From: Azolla caroliniana
Taxonomy: Eukaryota > Plantae > Polypodiophyta
NCBI GenBank assembly: GCA_043228905.1
Contig: JBHGNT010000014.1
Coordinates: 6,510,001 to 6,574,000 of the forward strand
DNA: 64,000 bases
Reading direction: 5' to 3'
Shown here: positions 48,547-61,300 of the stretch, piece after piece
Layout of the letters: each line of letters opens with the position of its first letter
Position numbering within the stretch: the first letter of the stretch is position 1
Program-made: the position numbers and the translations under genes
Notes under the pieces: model-generated
What the model saw: only the letters and a program-made list of their open reading frames with translations
What the model was told of the DNA's origin: nothing
The model's database searches: none

Positions 48547-51500
48547 TGTAACATACACAAGATAGCTCGAAATATCATCCCTTGATCATTACTTGGTTTC
48601 TATTTATAATAGTTGTTACAAACTTTATGGTCTTGTTGCTTCTCCTAACTAACTAACTAACTATTCCTATTCTTCCTATTGTTGGATTGCACATCACAAT
48701 AGTGGTTGATTCGTCTAGAAGTGCAATCACCATTCGGTTGCATCCGTGCAGGGAGGTTGGGCTTTTATGGAATGCATGTATGGCGGCAACCTTGGATCAT
48801 GACCATACAATACCCGAAAAGGTCTGATGCAAGTAGATTCTTGTACTAAGGTATTGTATGCATGAACCACAAAGGGTAGAACTTGATCCCATGATTGGTG
48901 TAATGGGTCCACATATGCTGAGATTACTTGTTTAGGGTTTAGGGGTTTAGGGGTTTAGGGTTTAGGGTTTAGGGTTGTGTGATGCCCAAACTGTGGTTAA
49001 GTATGCGAATAACCTTGCTGCGTAATTGTGATCCTTGGTCCGACAAAAGTTTGCGTGGGCAATCATGGGGAAAAATAATTCGTTGAAGTAGTGCATGGTC
49101 GACCAAGTTAGTTGTGGCATCGGATAGGGAAATCACCTCACACCAACGGGTTAGGTATTCAATGATCACCAAAATGTACTTATTGTCATGAATCGATGTA
49201 GGGAAAGGGCCCATGGGGTCCCATCCCACCAACTCGAAGGGCTCTGTGACTTCTATGGGGTGTAATGTCCCGTACGATTGTTGTGGAGCCTTCATTGACT
49301 AACATGTTGGACATGCTTTCAGGAATTGGGAGATGGATTGACAAAGCTTGGGCCAATAGTAGAGGGACCGCATGCTATGTAACAACTTATGGAATCCGAA
49401 GTAGCTGAAGAGTTGACTGTTGTGGTAGAACTCTAGATAGCTTGGATGAAGAGCCTCTGGTACGTAGACTCGTGGTGTTTGAACTTGACTTACAAAATGT
49501 AAAATGTTATTAATAATTATAAAGTTACGATGGATGTGATTTTTCCTACCTCCTTGGATTTGTAGGGTTCTCTCTTTAATAGTAGGGTCTTGTTGTTGTA
49601 TCTCCACGATTTGATGAGGGTGAATAGGGGGCTCATCCTTTTGTATGCTGAGTTGGGAGGCTTGATGCTCAATTCGGGATAAGGAATCCGCAACTATATT
49701 TGCAATGCCTCTGCTCTACGTTAGGGTAAATTTGTATTCTTGTAGTGCCAATGCCCACCTAAGTAGTCGTTCGGGTGGATGACTTTTGTTGATCAAGGAG
49801 AGGAGTGGTTGATGATCTCTCTCGACTTGGATTGTGGTACCATGCAACTAAGGGTGGAATTTCTAGAAGGCTCAAACCACTACCAAGAATTCCTTCTCTG
49901 TTGTTGAGTAATTTTGTTCTGCTTTTGTTAGTGCTCAGCTTATGTAAGCAATAGGCCGCCATTCATCTATGTGGTCTTGTTGTAACAATATTGCACCTAT
50001 TCCTACATTAGACACATCTATTTGCACATGGAATGTCCGACTAAAATCCGGAAAAACTAATGTGGCTGAATCTTTGATGAGTTTTCTTATCTCATTAAAA
50101 TTGTTTATGCAGGCGGTGGACCATGTACATTGGATTCCCTTAGACTTCAAAAGCATTCGAAGAGGTTGTGTGACTGTGGCCAACTGTGGTACAAACTGTA
50201 ATGAAAAATTCACTAGGCCTAGGAAACTTTGTAGTGTTTTGATGTTAGCCGGTATTGGATAATCTGTTATGGCTTTGCATTTTGCAGGATCCATGCTAAT
50301 GCTAGTGGCTGAAATGATAAATCCCAAGAACTTTAATGACGTCGCACCCCACTGACATTTTTTCAGTGTGGTTGCAGATTATATTTCTGGATACGTTGGA
50401 GCACCTCTCCCAAGACTACGGTGTGCCACTGCCAATCAGAAGTATGGATCAGGATATCATCGAGATACATCAGTACCCCGCCTTCATTGATGAGGTCTTG
50501 AAAAATTGTATTTGCCATTCTTTGGAATGTGCTTCCAGCATTGGATAGACCGAATGGCATTCTTTTAAATTGGAATAAACCATGTTGTGTGCAAAAAGTT
50601 GTTTTATGTTTGTCGGCAAGGTCTAATGGAATCTGCTAGTACCCTGATGCAAGATCCAATGATGTGAAGTATCATGACTTCCCGACCTAATCCAACAAGT
50701 CGTCAATGTGTGGCAATGAATCAAGATCATGCTTTGTGATCTTGTTCAAAGGTCTGAAATTGATGCAAAAACGGAACATACCATCATCCTTACGGACAAG
50801 ATGTGGCTCCAAAATCCAATCGCTACTTGAATGATTCGATGATTATCTAACGGTGATCGTCGTCAGGGTGTTGTTCGAACTGGTGTTGAATCGACTGTGG
50901 GAATAGAATGTTGCACCAGAAGATTGATCTTGGATGTCTTTGTAGGCTTGTGAAATAGGTCGGGGAATTGTCAGAGGATACTACGTATTGCAACTAGCCG
51001 TACTTGTGGTGGTTCTAGGTGAATTTGTGTGTGCTCAATTGTGGAGTGTTAAGTAGTGGAATCGTGGTTAATGGTTTTGTATTAGGTAAAACTAATGTTT
51101 GTGTATCAAAGTGCAGTTGTGCATTGTTCTTTATAAACCAATCACAACTTAACGTAATTGGAAATAGTTGGTGCGGTAAGACGTAAAAGGAATGAAGAAA
51201 GGTGTGTTGGGCAAGAGTGAATGTACAATGTGTGTTTCTAGCGGATTGGTATATTTTAAGTTTATCGCCAAAGATGACCTGGATCGGTGTTGCGGGTGAA
51301 GTGGGTAAATTTAGTGACTTAACTAAATCTACACTAATTGAAGATATGGTGCTTCTTGAATCTAAAAGGGCTTCATGTGATGTGTGATTTATTTGTGCTA
51401 TTGTGGAACATAACCATGCGTCCGGAAGAGGTTGCGGCTTGAATGTGCAGGAGCTGCTCTTCTGTCAACGTCCTGCTTGGCTATTTCCATGTACCATGGC

Positions 51501-52748
51501 GAGTGTTGCAGCATCAGCCAATTGGGTTTGTGCATTTTGATGATGTCTAGAGGTTGCCAACTTCCTGCAATATTTTTTAACATGGTCGTACCCATTACAA
51601 TAGAAACAACGGGGCATACCATGAAGGTCTCAATCTGGTAAACTTTTTTTAGTGCTAAATTGTGCATTTTGGATGTCTATATCCATTGGGCCAGCGGTCG
51701 ACTCAATTGTTGTTTTTTTAATACAGGTGGTGTCGGTTGTGATAAGTCGATGTAATCCGATGCCTCAATTCCTTGTACGATTTGTACAACTATCTAGAAT
51801 GTAGTTGGGCCTTGGTCTTTGACACGACGATATATGTCATGGTGTAATCGTGGAAGCAGAAAATAGAGCTTCATGGTCTCCTTCATATTGGGGTCAGCAC
51901 GCTATAACAACTGCTTCATTTTGACGGCGAATTGTGCCACTGGTTCATGTGCCTGTTGACGTAGGTTGTTTAATTGTTGGAGGGTTTTTTGTGTGATATC
52001 ATTGTTTGCGAAGTGTTGTATGAGTTTATCACATATGTAGGTCCAATTCTATTTGATTTTTTCGGGTTGTTGAATGAACCATGTGGCGGCAACATGCTTT
52101 AGCACCGTTCGCAATTCTAATGCCTTTCTTTCATCGTGCCATTCATGGTAACTCGCCACGTTGTCGAAATGATCTAACCAGGCTAGGACATCTTCTATAG
52201 GAAGGCTTGAGAAGGATCTTTGGCGGATTCTTGAATCTTTCTATTTGTTGGTCGTTGCGCCTACATACTGATTTGTAAGCCATGTCATAAGTGTTTGGTT
52301 CGTATGATTTACTTGCATCATCATTGTCGACGTCGCTTGAAACATCTACTCCATGGCAAGGTTAATCTATGTGTGTTCTATGAATTCATGTTGCATGCTG
52401 ACAGTGTTGTACCCCTCCGGTTGTTGCATGGTGTATGAGATCTTTGTGCTATGGATGGTAACCCGGCGGTGATTATTGACTGGTAGGGGTGATTATTGCC
52501 TACTGATGAGGAGGGTCGGCTCGGTGTGCTCTGTCAAGAAGTTGGCTAGAGTACTGTGCACCCTCCTTAGTCGGCATGGCGAGAGCCTGTCATCTCCACC
52601 AATGTAACATACACAATTTAGCTCGAAATATGACCCCTTGGTCATTTACTTGGTTTCTATTTATAATAGTTTTATTTACAAACTTTATGCTCTTGTTGCT
52701 TCTCCTAACTAACTAACTATTCCTATGAACTTTCTCCACTACATAACA
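48547..52748 (-). mobile_element. Element H: old, short-LTR Ty3/gypsy element
   Basis: ~150-bp related LTRs 48547-48698 and 52603-52748; PBS TGGTGGAGATG (52591-52601, tRNA-Ala-like). Gag ~51750-52300, RT YLDD 50363-50560, RH 49935-50327, INT 48727-49607. Confidence 0.85.
48930..48975 (+). repeat. Interstitial plant telomere repeat (TTTAGGG)x6, two copies with an extra G
   Basis: Direct sequence; lies inside the element H integrase. Confidence 0.93.
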
Positions 52749-53409
52749 ATACGTTGGTGCAAAGCCAACAAAATCGAAACGATATCTCCCAATTTTGGAG
52801 TTTGCTTATAACAGCTCCAAACATACATCGACGAGATATAGTCCTTTTATGTTTATGTATGGTTTTCAACCACGGGCACCAATTGATGTTGATATACATC
52901 ATGATGAGTTGTAAAGTACGTAAAACTTTCTTTGAGATATGCAAGATGTGTTGCATATTGCACCAGATAATATAAAAATTGCTCAAGATAGAGCATGTTT
53001 TTATGCCGATCATAATAGGCAACCTCGAGTATTCAACCCTGGACAAAAGGTATTTTTACGTGTATCTCACAATTCTAAGACATTGTCTACGGGTAAGTGT
53101 GCTAAGTTAGCCCCATGGTTTTGTGAACCTTTTATAGCCCTCAAACGCATTGGTTCATCAGCCTATCGTCTTGCTCTTCCTGATGGCATTGAAATCCATC
53201 CAGTTTTTCATGTAAGTCGTCTAAAAGAACTTCTTGGTTTTGGCGACAATACAATTACAACTGAAACTCTGGTTACTTCTGAAGAATCATCTTCTAAACC
53301 ACATGTACCAGAGAGAATTCTCGATGTTAAAACGAAACATTTGCGTTCTGAAATAATCCAAGAATTTAAAATTAAATGGATGGATAAGTCTATAAGAGAT
53401 GCCACTTGA
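52749..53409 (+). pseudogene. Element K: chromovirus integrase C-terminus plus chromodomain remnant
   Basis: LPILEFAYNSSKHTST from ~52790; ORF 52939-53409 (GKCAKLAP, AYRLALP, HPVFHVSRLK, PERILD...IKW). Confidence 0.85.
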
Positions 53410-56400
53410 CCATATAATATCCCGTAACAATCATCATAACTAGATTTGGAAGTTTTTAATGGCGATAATATGATCAAACCCTTGCGACAAACAAGCTACA
53501 TTGTAACCCTAATAGAAAACATTGTATTAACATAGGTTCCTAGTTCATGATTTATAATTGAAATTATGAAGTCTTTATAAATTATGGCCTTTTGTATATC
53601 TTCGTGGTTTTTTTAAAAAGAATGAACATTTGTTTAGCTAGTTGAGATTTGAAATAAAATAGATTAGGCCAACTAAAGAACCGAACATGGTTTATATTGC
53701 AAGGTTACTCAAGTTTTACTTTGGAGTCTAGACAATAGTTTTAGTAGAGACATAGAGCATAGTGGCTAGTTTTTTCTATATCCCCCAACAAATCAAATTT
53801 TATTTATTTCATTTGCATGCATTTGAAGGTGTACATTTTCTTCACATACACTCACTTTTGAACATGCCAAGGGTTGTTTAGGTTTAAACTATCACTTTTG
53901 TTCAACCTTTTCTCATTTAATTGTTACTAAATATTTATTTTGATGCATCTTAACTCGCATTCTTATGGAAATAGCATTTGTATAGCATACATAAAAGATA
54001 TTTTGAAATATTTATGCCAACAAAAGGTCGTGATGCGGCATGTAATATATTGCATTGTTAAATAATCCTCTATACAAGTTTTCATTTCCTTGAATATATA
54101 AACATGAGCGTCTATGCAATTTTGAAACTCGCCCATGCACAATGAACTATATAAAACAACACTCTATCTCCAAACAATTGCTTGCTAGTATTAACATCAA
54201 TATATTAGAAGTTAGTGGTAGATCGATGACGAAGCTTTGTCATTGTTGATATAAAGGATATATGAAATTGGTGCTATACACATGCCACAGGACAATGGAC
54301 TACTTTACAAATATCTTAGTTAAGGGATAAGATTTTAGAATCCCTCATATCGATTGTACCATTCTTTTATTATAACAAATGTTAGAATATCCTTATGTTG
54401 AGCTCAAATGATATGTAAAGTGAAACCCTACATATCCAAATCAATGTAAACACAACATCACAAATTTCGATTTCAAAAGTTCAATAGATATTTATTTTCA
54501 AAATATGCAAACATGTTCGACAATGTTAAAGAGCAAAAGAACTTGCTAGCAATAGTCCGTGGCCAGTATGATAATTTGCAAGGTTCCCCAGATATTGTGA
54601 ACAAGAAAAAGAAAAAGCTTCTTCACTTATGGAAAAAGGTGCCCCTGTTTACAATGTCAACTCAAGAGCCTCAATGGCAATATCGACTTCCATGGACTCT
54701 TTCTTGAATATCAACAAATGTAAACATCTTCTACAAAGTTCGATATTTGGTACTAGGAGTATTTTACATCATTGTATAAGAAAAGTTGTAACCTCCTTGG
54801 TAGCTAGGTTCAAGTTGTAGCCTTTGGGCATTTTCTCTTAATACTATTGAAGAAAATCCATTAAAAAAAAACTTCACATTGCTTGTCATAAGGGAGGAGA
54901 AACTAGTAGATGACATCAATGAGGGAAAAGCAGACAACTATGTTTCGGTTGTTTCACCATTATGAAATTAATAATTCTTCTTTTTTTTAAATCATGAGAA
55001 AGATCAAGACTACGTATTTTATGTGCAGCCGGAAACCTATTTCCACTCTCTCTCATTCTCTAGAAAACGCATGAAGAGAGTGCGAGGAAAAAACCATCAT
55101 AGGGAAAGAATAAGCAACATTAAGATAGAGGAGTCATTAACAAGTTAAAAACCATTTGATTAAACGAACAAATCGGCAAGAGTCAAGAAACGAGTCCATT
55201 GACAATAGAAATTATCACCAAGCACAAAAAGAAGACTTACAAACTCTTGTTTTCACCAAGGAGAATAGTTACATGGTTTCATGGCACTGCCCTCAAAAAC
55301 CCTTATAAAAATCTACTTTACTTGGAGTTAAAAGAAGAAAAACTATTCTTGATAGTTTCACAAATGTCAACTACGAACATAAAATAGGCTAGCATATATT
55401 TTCGTTGAATTGTTGCTCTAGAAAATGGGGAATAAAAGAAATGGCAATTTTAATTCTAATAGAATACGTTGTACCTCTCAAGAACATATGGATTGGGCAT
55501 CACTCTTTAAAAAATAAATCTTAGGTCCAAAAAGAGGATATAAAAATGGTGGGATCAATTGCGATGCTTCAACGTTTCGTGGATTTCAATAGGTAAAGTT
55601 AACCCTAATGGATCATGTTTTCTTTACGTCTAATATGGATGCTTGAGTCAAAGCCAAAATCATGTTTTCTCCATTCATTAAACCCTAAGCCTATGACAAA
55701 CTTATATTCTCTTGGGTTTTCTTCGCAAAGGTAATTGTCCCCATCAAGAAATGCTTGCGTCCATAACTTTTGACATGTTTTCATTGCTTAGTGCTTGTAG
55801 TTAGAGGTTATATTAAATTGGCATTATTTTCAAAAGACAGAAGGGAGGTTGAAAACAGATACAATATTATTTCAAGAAACCTGCATGACATGATATTTTG
55901 ATTTTTTATGTTGAACAATAATCCAATGCCAAAACAAAAAGAATGTGTGTGTTTTATTATGCCCACAATCGTGTACAATGTATGTTTATCGACACACACA
56001 CACACACAGACACACACACAATGTACATGAGCCTACACCATATAAACTTTAACTTTGTATATATGCGCATAATATGGCCATTGATAAATAATTTAGTATA
56101 TGTATCGAGTTCTTAACATATATGTAGTTTTTCAACAATGCATAATATAGTAATTGTAATAACATATCTCCATACGCCAATGTCTAACCAAGAATCGAAA
56201 TGAACAATAGCTTAAACAAAAGAGAAAAGGCAAGATTTATTACATTGACATACTTTAAAACTAGACAACTCAACATGATTATAAAAATTTGCATCTCCTT
56301 AATGATTGTTATTAGTTTGGGGCAAGGGTCTCATCTTCTTCTCTCAAGGGATCTTAGGCATTTCCTATGACTAATTTCTTCAACTTCTTCAAAAGTGATA

Positions 56401-56793
56401 TGACCTCTAGATGACCTCTTTTGCATTTGATGTACTCAAATTGAGTTTGAGTTTGTGGAACATTATGGTAAGTTGATGGTTTGGCTATGTTCTAATGAGT
56501 ATGGGGTTGTCTTATCCTTCAAGTTAGTCAATTTGTGATTATAATAGTTTGATGGAGAATCCCAATTTACTTTGGGTCCTTGAATTTCACAACATGGTGC
56601 GATGCCTTGAAACAAACATTGGTATATGCCTGAGATATGATAGTAAACAATTCATCTACATATATGTTGTCTCTTTAGCTCTATTTTTATCCCATATGAT
56701 TGGAATAGCCTAGTTTCAACTACTACTTTCTCTTATTGATCAATCTCTAAATTTGAGTTGATGTGAAGATGTGTATCGGTTAATGGTTGCATG

Positions 56794-57018
56794 CATAGTA
56801 TGAACCATACGTGCATTCACATTAGAGAATGTTTCAATCATTCGAGTATGGTAAACACCCATTTGAAGTATGGTAAATACCATACTTTTGTATGCATTAT
56901 TTATTATAAGGTAAAAAGTGTAAAAAAAACATAAGAATGTTTTCATAACATACACACTCATTTGCGTTCGTATGAAAAAGAATGTTTGCCGATGCATTCG
57001 AGTATATTACATACTATG
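56794..57018. mobile_element. hAT-type MITE (225 bp), ~1.3 kb upstream of the PGI start codon
   Basis: Perfect 8-bp TSD GTTGCATG; TIR CATAGTATG; homologous to 31188-31472. Confidence 0.88.
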
Positions 57019-58341
57019 GTTGCATGTAGTCCTTGCATAAGATGTGTATCCGTGCATGTTGATGTAGTATGACAAAGCCGTCATGGGAGAGTTGGATAAA
57101 GTGGGCTTGATAATGAGTCATTCTTGTGCTTCATGTCCTCTCAGTGTTGAACCTTAATGTGCAATTTTTAATCACTTGATTCACTTTTGATGGGTGAAGC
57201 CTCAAAGTGGAGCAATTTAAGTTGTAATAAAAGGAGGTTAGTTTGTCCATATGCATATATCCTGCAAGCAAATTTGTTCATGCCTAGCTACTAGACATTA
57301 TTTTATTTTACAATTGCTCTTGTTATAGATCCATTTCCCCAATTTTGTGCAGAAAATGATGACTTAAGATGTTCACCATGCACCCAAATATGTGGATCTA
57401 GCAAGATGTGTGCTTTCGTGTGCACACTTTATCCATGGCGAATGCATGTGCTTATCTGTCACTAATATGGCCACATCTACTCTCTATACAGAAGAAAATG
57501 CCACAAACATGTGAAAACCTCCCAACGGTGCTAACCATACGACAAGTGGCTATTGATAACACAAAGAGGTCTAAAGTCCAATATGCAAGTTAGGGCTTTC
57601 CAAAAAACTACATGTGACATGCATTGTTGCACTAGCAATTGGTAGACGCATAATGATGTGTGTGGGCATATGAAGATATGATGAGGAAGCTATCTATTCA
57701 TAGGTTGCATGCAAAGAAAACCCTAAGTCTAATAAGTTGTACAAGGTAGGTAGGTAGCTGGGTAGGCGTGGGAGTCAAACAGAGTGTGTGAGCGCCCATG
57801 ACATGTAGTGGGTGGGACGATCATGCGTTCACAAACAATGCTAGCCGCCCGAATAGACTCTTGCTTGGTGTGTAGTAATGTGCATGGTGCACCGTGCAAT
57901 GGCGACACATACACAAGACATAGACAGAAACACATACACACACACACACACACAAAGATGAAGATATACATACATATATGTATGATGGATGAGGAAGGAA
58001 GGAGGTAGCTAAAGTGGGGAGGAGGCGTTAATTTTGGGTGTCTCTCTCTCTCTCTCTCTCTCTCTCCTTCTTCTCTTTTCTTATGTATGTATGTACTTTG
58101 GAGGTGTGAGAAATTTGTGAGTGAATGAATGAATTAAAACAAAAGAAAGAGAGCCAGGAAAAGCCCTATTTTGGAGGAGGAGAAGAGAAGAAGAGAGAAG
58201 AGAAGGCCCTCCCTCCCTCCTTCCATCCCAATCAATCAATCAAAAAAGCAGAGACAGACAGGTCCATCCATCCATCTCCTCCCCCCCCCCCCCAAATGGT
58301 CTCTCCTTGATACTCTCTCTCTCTCTGACTGACTTTCACCC

Positions 58342-61300
58342 ATGGCTATGGCTAGCTTTGCATCACCTTCCTCTTCCTCTTCTTCTTCTTCTGCTTCATC
58401 ATCATCAGCTTCTCTCCCTCGCTTCCATCTCCTTCCCCCGTCTCAATTCTCCTCCATCTCACGCCTCTCATGCCCTCCTCTGCTCCGCCGCCATCTCCTC
58501 TCTAACCCCAACCCTAACCCTAACCCTAGCCCTTGCCCTAACCCTAATTCGCACGCTAACCCGAACCCTGCATTCTTTCTCACTTCTCGTACCCGAGCAA
58601 CTGTGCGTCCCGATTATCTCGTGGATGTGCCCTCCCTCAAGTGTAAAACTGAGCTCGAGGCTGACCCAATCCGCTTGTGGGATCGCTACTTGAAATGGCT
58701 TTACCAGCACAAGGATTTAGGCCTCTACCTAGACGTGAGCAGAATTGGGTTCACTGATGAATTTGTCGCCATCATGGATCCGGAATTTGAGAAGGCGTTC
58801 AAAGCTATGGCCGACCTCGAGAATGGAGCAATATCGAATCCCGATGAGAAGAGAATGGTGGGTCACTATTGGCTTCGGAAACCTGAACTTGCACCCAATG
58901 GTTTCCTTAAGAAGCAAATCGAAGACACTGTGGATCGGCTTGGTAAATTCGCCGATGATGTCGTTAATGGCAAAGTAAGTTCTCCTCTCTTTCTCTCTGT
59001 ATGTCTCTTTTTGGGAATATGCTATAGTATGCATTTTCATTGGGATATAACATGAGGGAAAGTGGATTCTTTTGGACTCATGGGAAAAATGTACCAAACT
59101 TCTTCTTGCAAGATATTGCCCTGTAACATGGGCACTGTTTCCCCTTTGATGATGGTGTCAGATTAAGCCACCACCATGTCCGGTAGGACGGTTCACGCAA
59201 GTTTTGTCTGTCGGCATTGGGGGATCAGCTTTAGGTCCACAATTTGTTGCTGAGGCATTAGCTCCCGACAATCCACCTCTCAAGGTTTGGATTTTCTTTG
59301 TTTGTAAGAAGACAATCTATACAAAAAATTTACACACACACATATATGCTTTTTTTATTGTAATATTTATTGAGAAACAGGATATAGGGTTAGATCCCAT
59401 ATCCATCTCTTTGTCGTTCTATATTTAGCCATGCCCACTGTGTGTGCGTGTTGCAGATAAGATTTATAGACAATACTGATCCAGCTGGGATTGACCATCA
59501 AATTGCTCAACTTGGCCCAGAACTATCTTCTACCTTAGTTGTAGTTGTCTCAAAGGTTTGTGTTTTGTTTGATCGTTGCCAGGACTTTTTCAAGCACCAA
59601 CGAATGGAAACATAGATTAAAATTCCCTTCATGTTTCGCAGAGTGGGGGCACTCCGGAGACACGAAATGGGTTGTTGGAGGTGCAAAAAGCATTCCGAGA
59701 AAAAGGACTCGATTTTTCAAAGCAGGTCATATTATTTGTGTTTATTTATTTGGCGAAACTGTGTGACATTTGGGTCTTTTCACACTTATTTTTTCCCTCT
59801 TTTTGCTGATATATGTGTGGTTTGATACTCATATGGGAAGAGGTTTGATTGGCTTATCTGGCAGGGTGTGGCCATCACTCAAGAAAACTCATTACTGGAC
59901 AATACAGCAAAAATTGAAGGCTGGTTGGCTAGGTTTCCTATGTTTGATTGGGTAGGGGGCCGGACATCTGAGATGTCCGCCGTAGGTTTACTCGCTGCTG
60001 CTCTTCAGGTATTTTTTTATTTAACATTATTAGCATTACATTATCCTTTGTTTCGATCACATCACATGATCAATGAAAAATAGCATTACATTTAGATCAA
60101 AATGTTACATTATCCTTTGGATTATGAAATTGTCATTTCTAGGGAATTAACATCAAAGAAATGCTTGCTGGTGCCGCTATTATGGATGAAGCAACGAGAA
60201 TTCCTTCGGTTTGTATAGTCTAGATCATTCTTCTTTCATACATTTACTAATTTACTTCTCTGTTTCTGTCGCTTATTGTGATTACGTATAACTGACTGTG
60301 CAGATAAAAGAAAATCCTGCGGCACTGTTGGCTCTATCCTGGTACTGGGCATCTGATGGGGTTGGTTCTAAGGTATTGATTAATGACCCATATAATTGAC
60401 GTAAATTTAAGAATGATATAACTTTGTACCTGATGTGTAGAATGTGGCGTAAATTCTATGAGAGATTCAGCTTTCTTTCAACCACATGTTTGAGGATATG
60501 GTGTATCGAGTGTGACTTAGCAGTTTAACATTTTTTGTTGATCAGGATATGGTTGTGTTGCCATACAAAGATAGCTTGCTTCTTTTTAGTCGATATCTGC
60601 AACAACTAGTCATGGAATCATTGGGGAAAGAATATGATCTGGATGGGAGATTGGTAAATACTCAAAACATTTCTTGCTAGTGTGGATTCACGCTCTTCAA
60701 TACGACATTTCTATATGTTTTGTGATTGATGACCAATCTTGTTTCTTGCAGGTGAACCAGGGTCTTGCTGTGTATGGAAATAAGGGCAGCACCGATCAAC
60801 ATGCGTGAGTATCAAAAATGTTGCTAGCTTTTTGATGTTCACTTTGTTCTGTCCTATTTTGAAGCGAAACAAACTATTGATAAATATGGGACAATTTCAC
60901 GTGCAGATACATCCAGCAATTGAGAGAGGGTGTGCCCAACTTCTTTGCAACCTTCATTGAGGTGCTTCGAGACCGACCCCCTGGTCATGACTGGGAGCTA
61001 GAACCAGGCGTGACATGTGGAGACTACCTCTTTGGGATGCTCCAGGTGTGATGATAACATCGAGGATATGATCAAATGCTATCGTTTACAACCCTTGGGT
61101 TGTGGAAAGTGAATTCATAACCCCATTATTTTAGTAAAGAGAAGTAGTGTCAGTTAACTCTTTAGTGTGATGACCTCAAAAAGTCGAAATATGAGTGCTT
61201 TAAAAAAAAATCATAGTAACATTCAACCTAGCATTTGTTGGAGAAAAGTGTCAAGTTAAGTGTCGGTGGAATGGTGTCAAAGTAAAATAATATGAATGCT

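Noticed and set aside
53410-58300. Short ORFs and possible decayed TE coding remnants upstream of PGI
   Set aside because: AT-rich, no convincing motif, termini or TSD apart from the MITE; cannot be assigned by eye.
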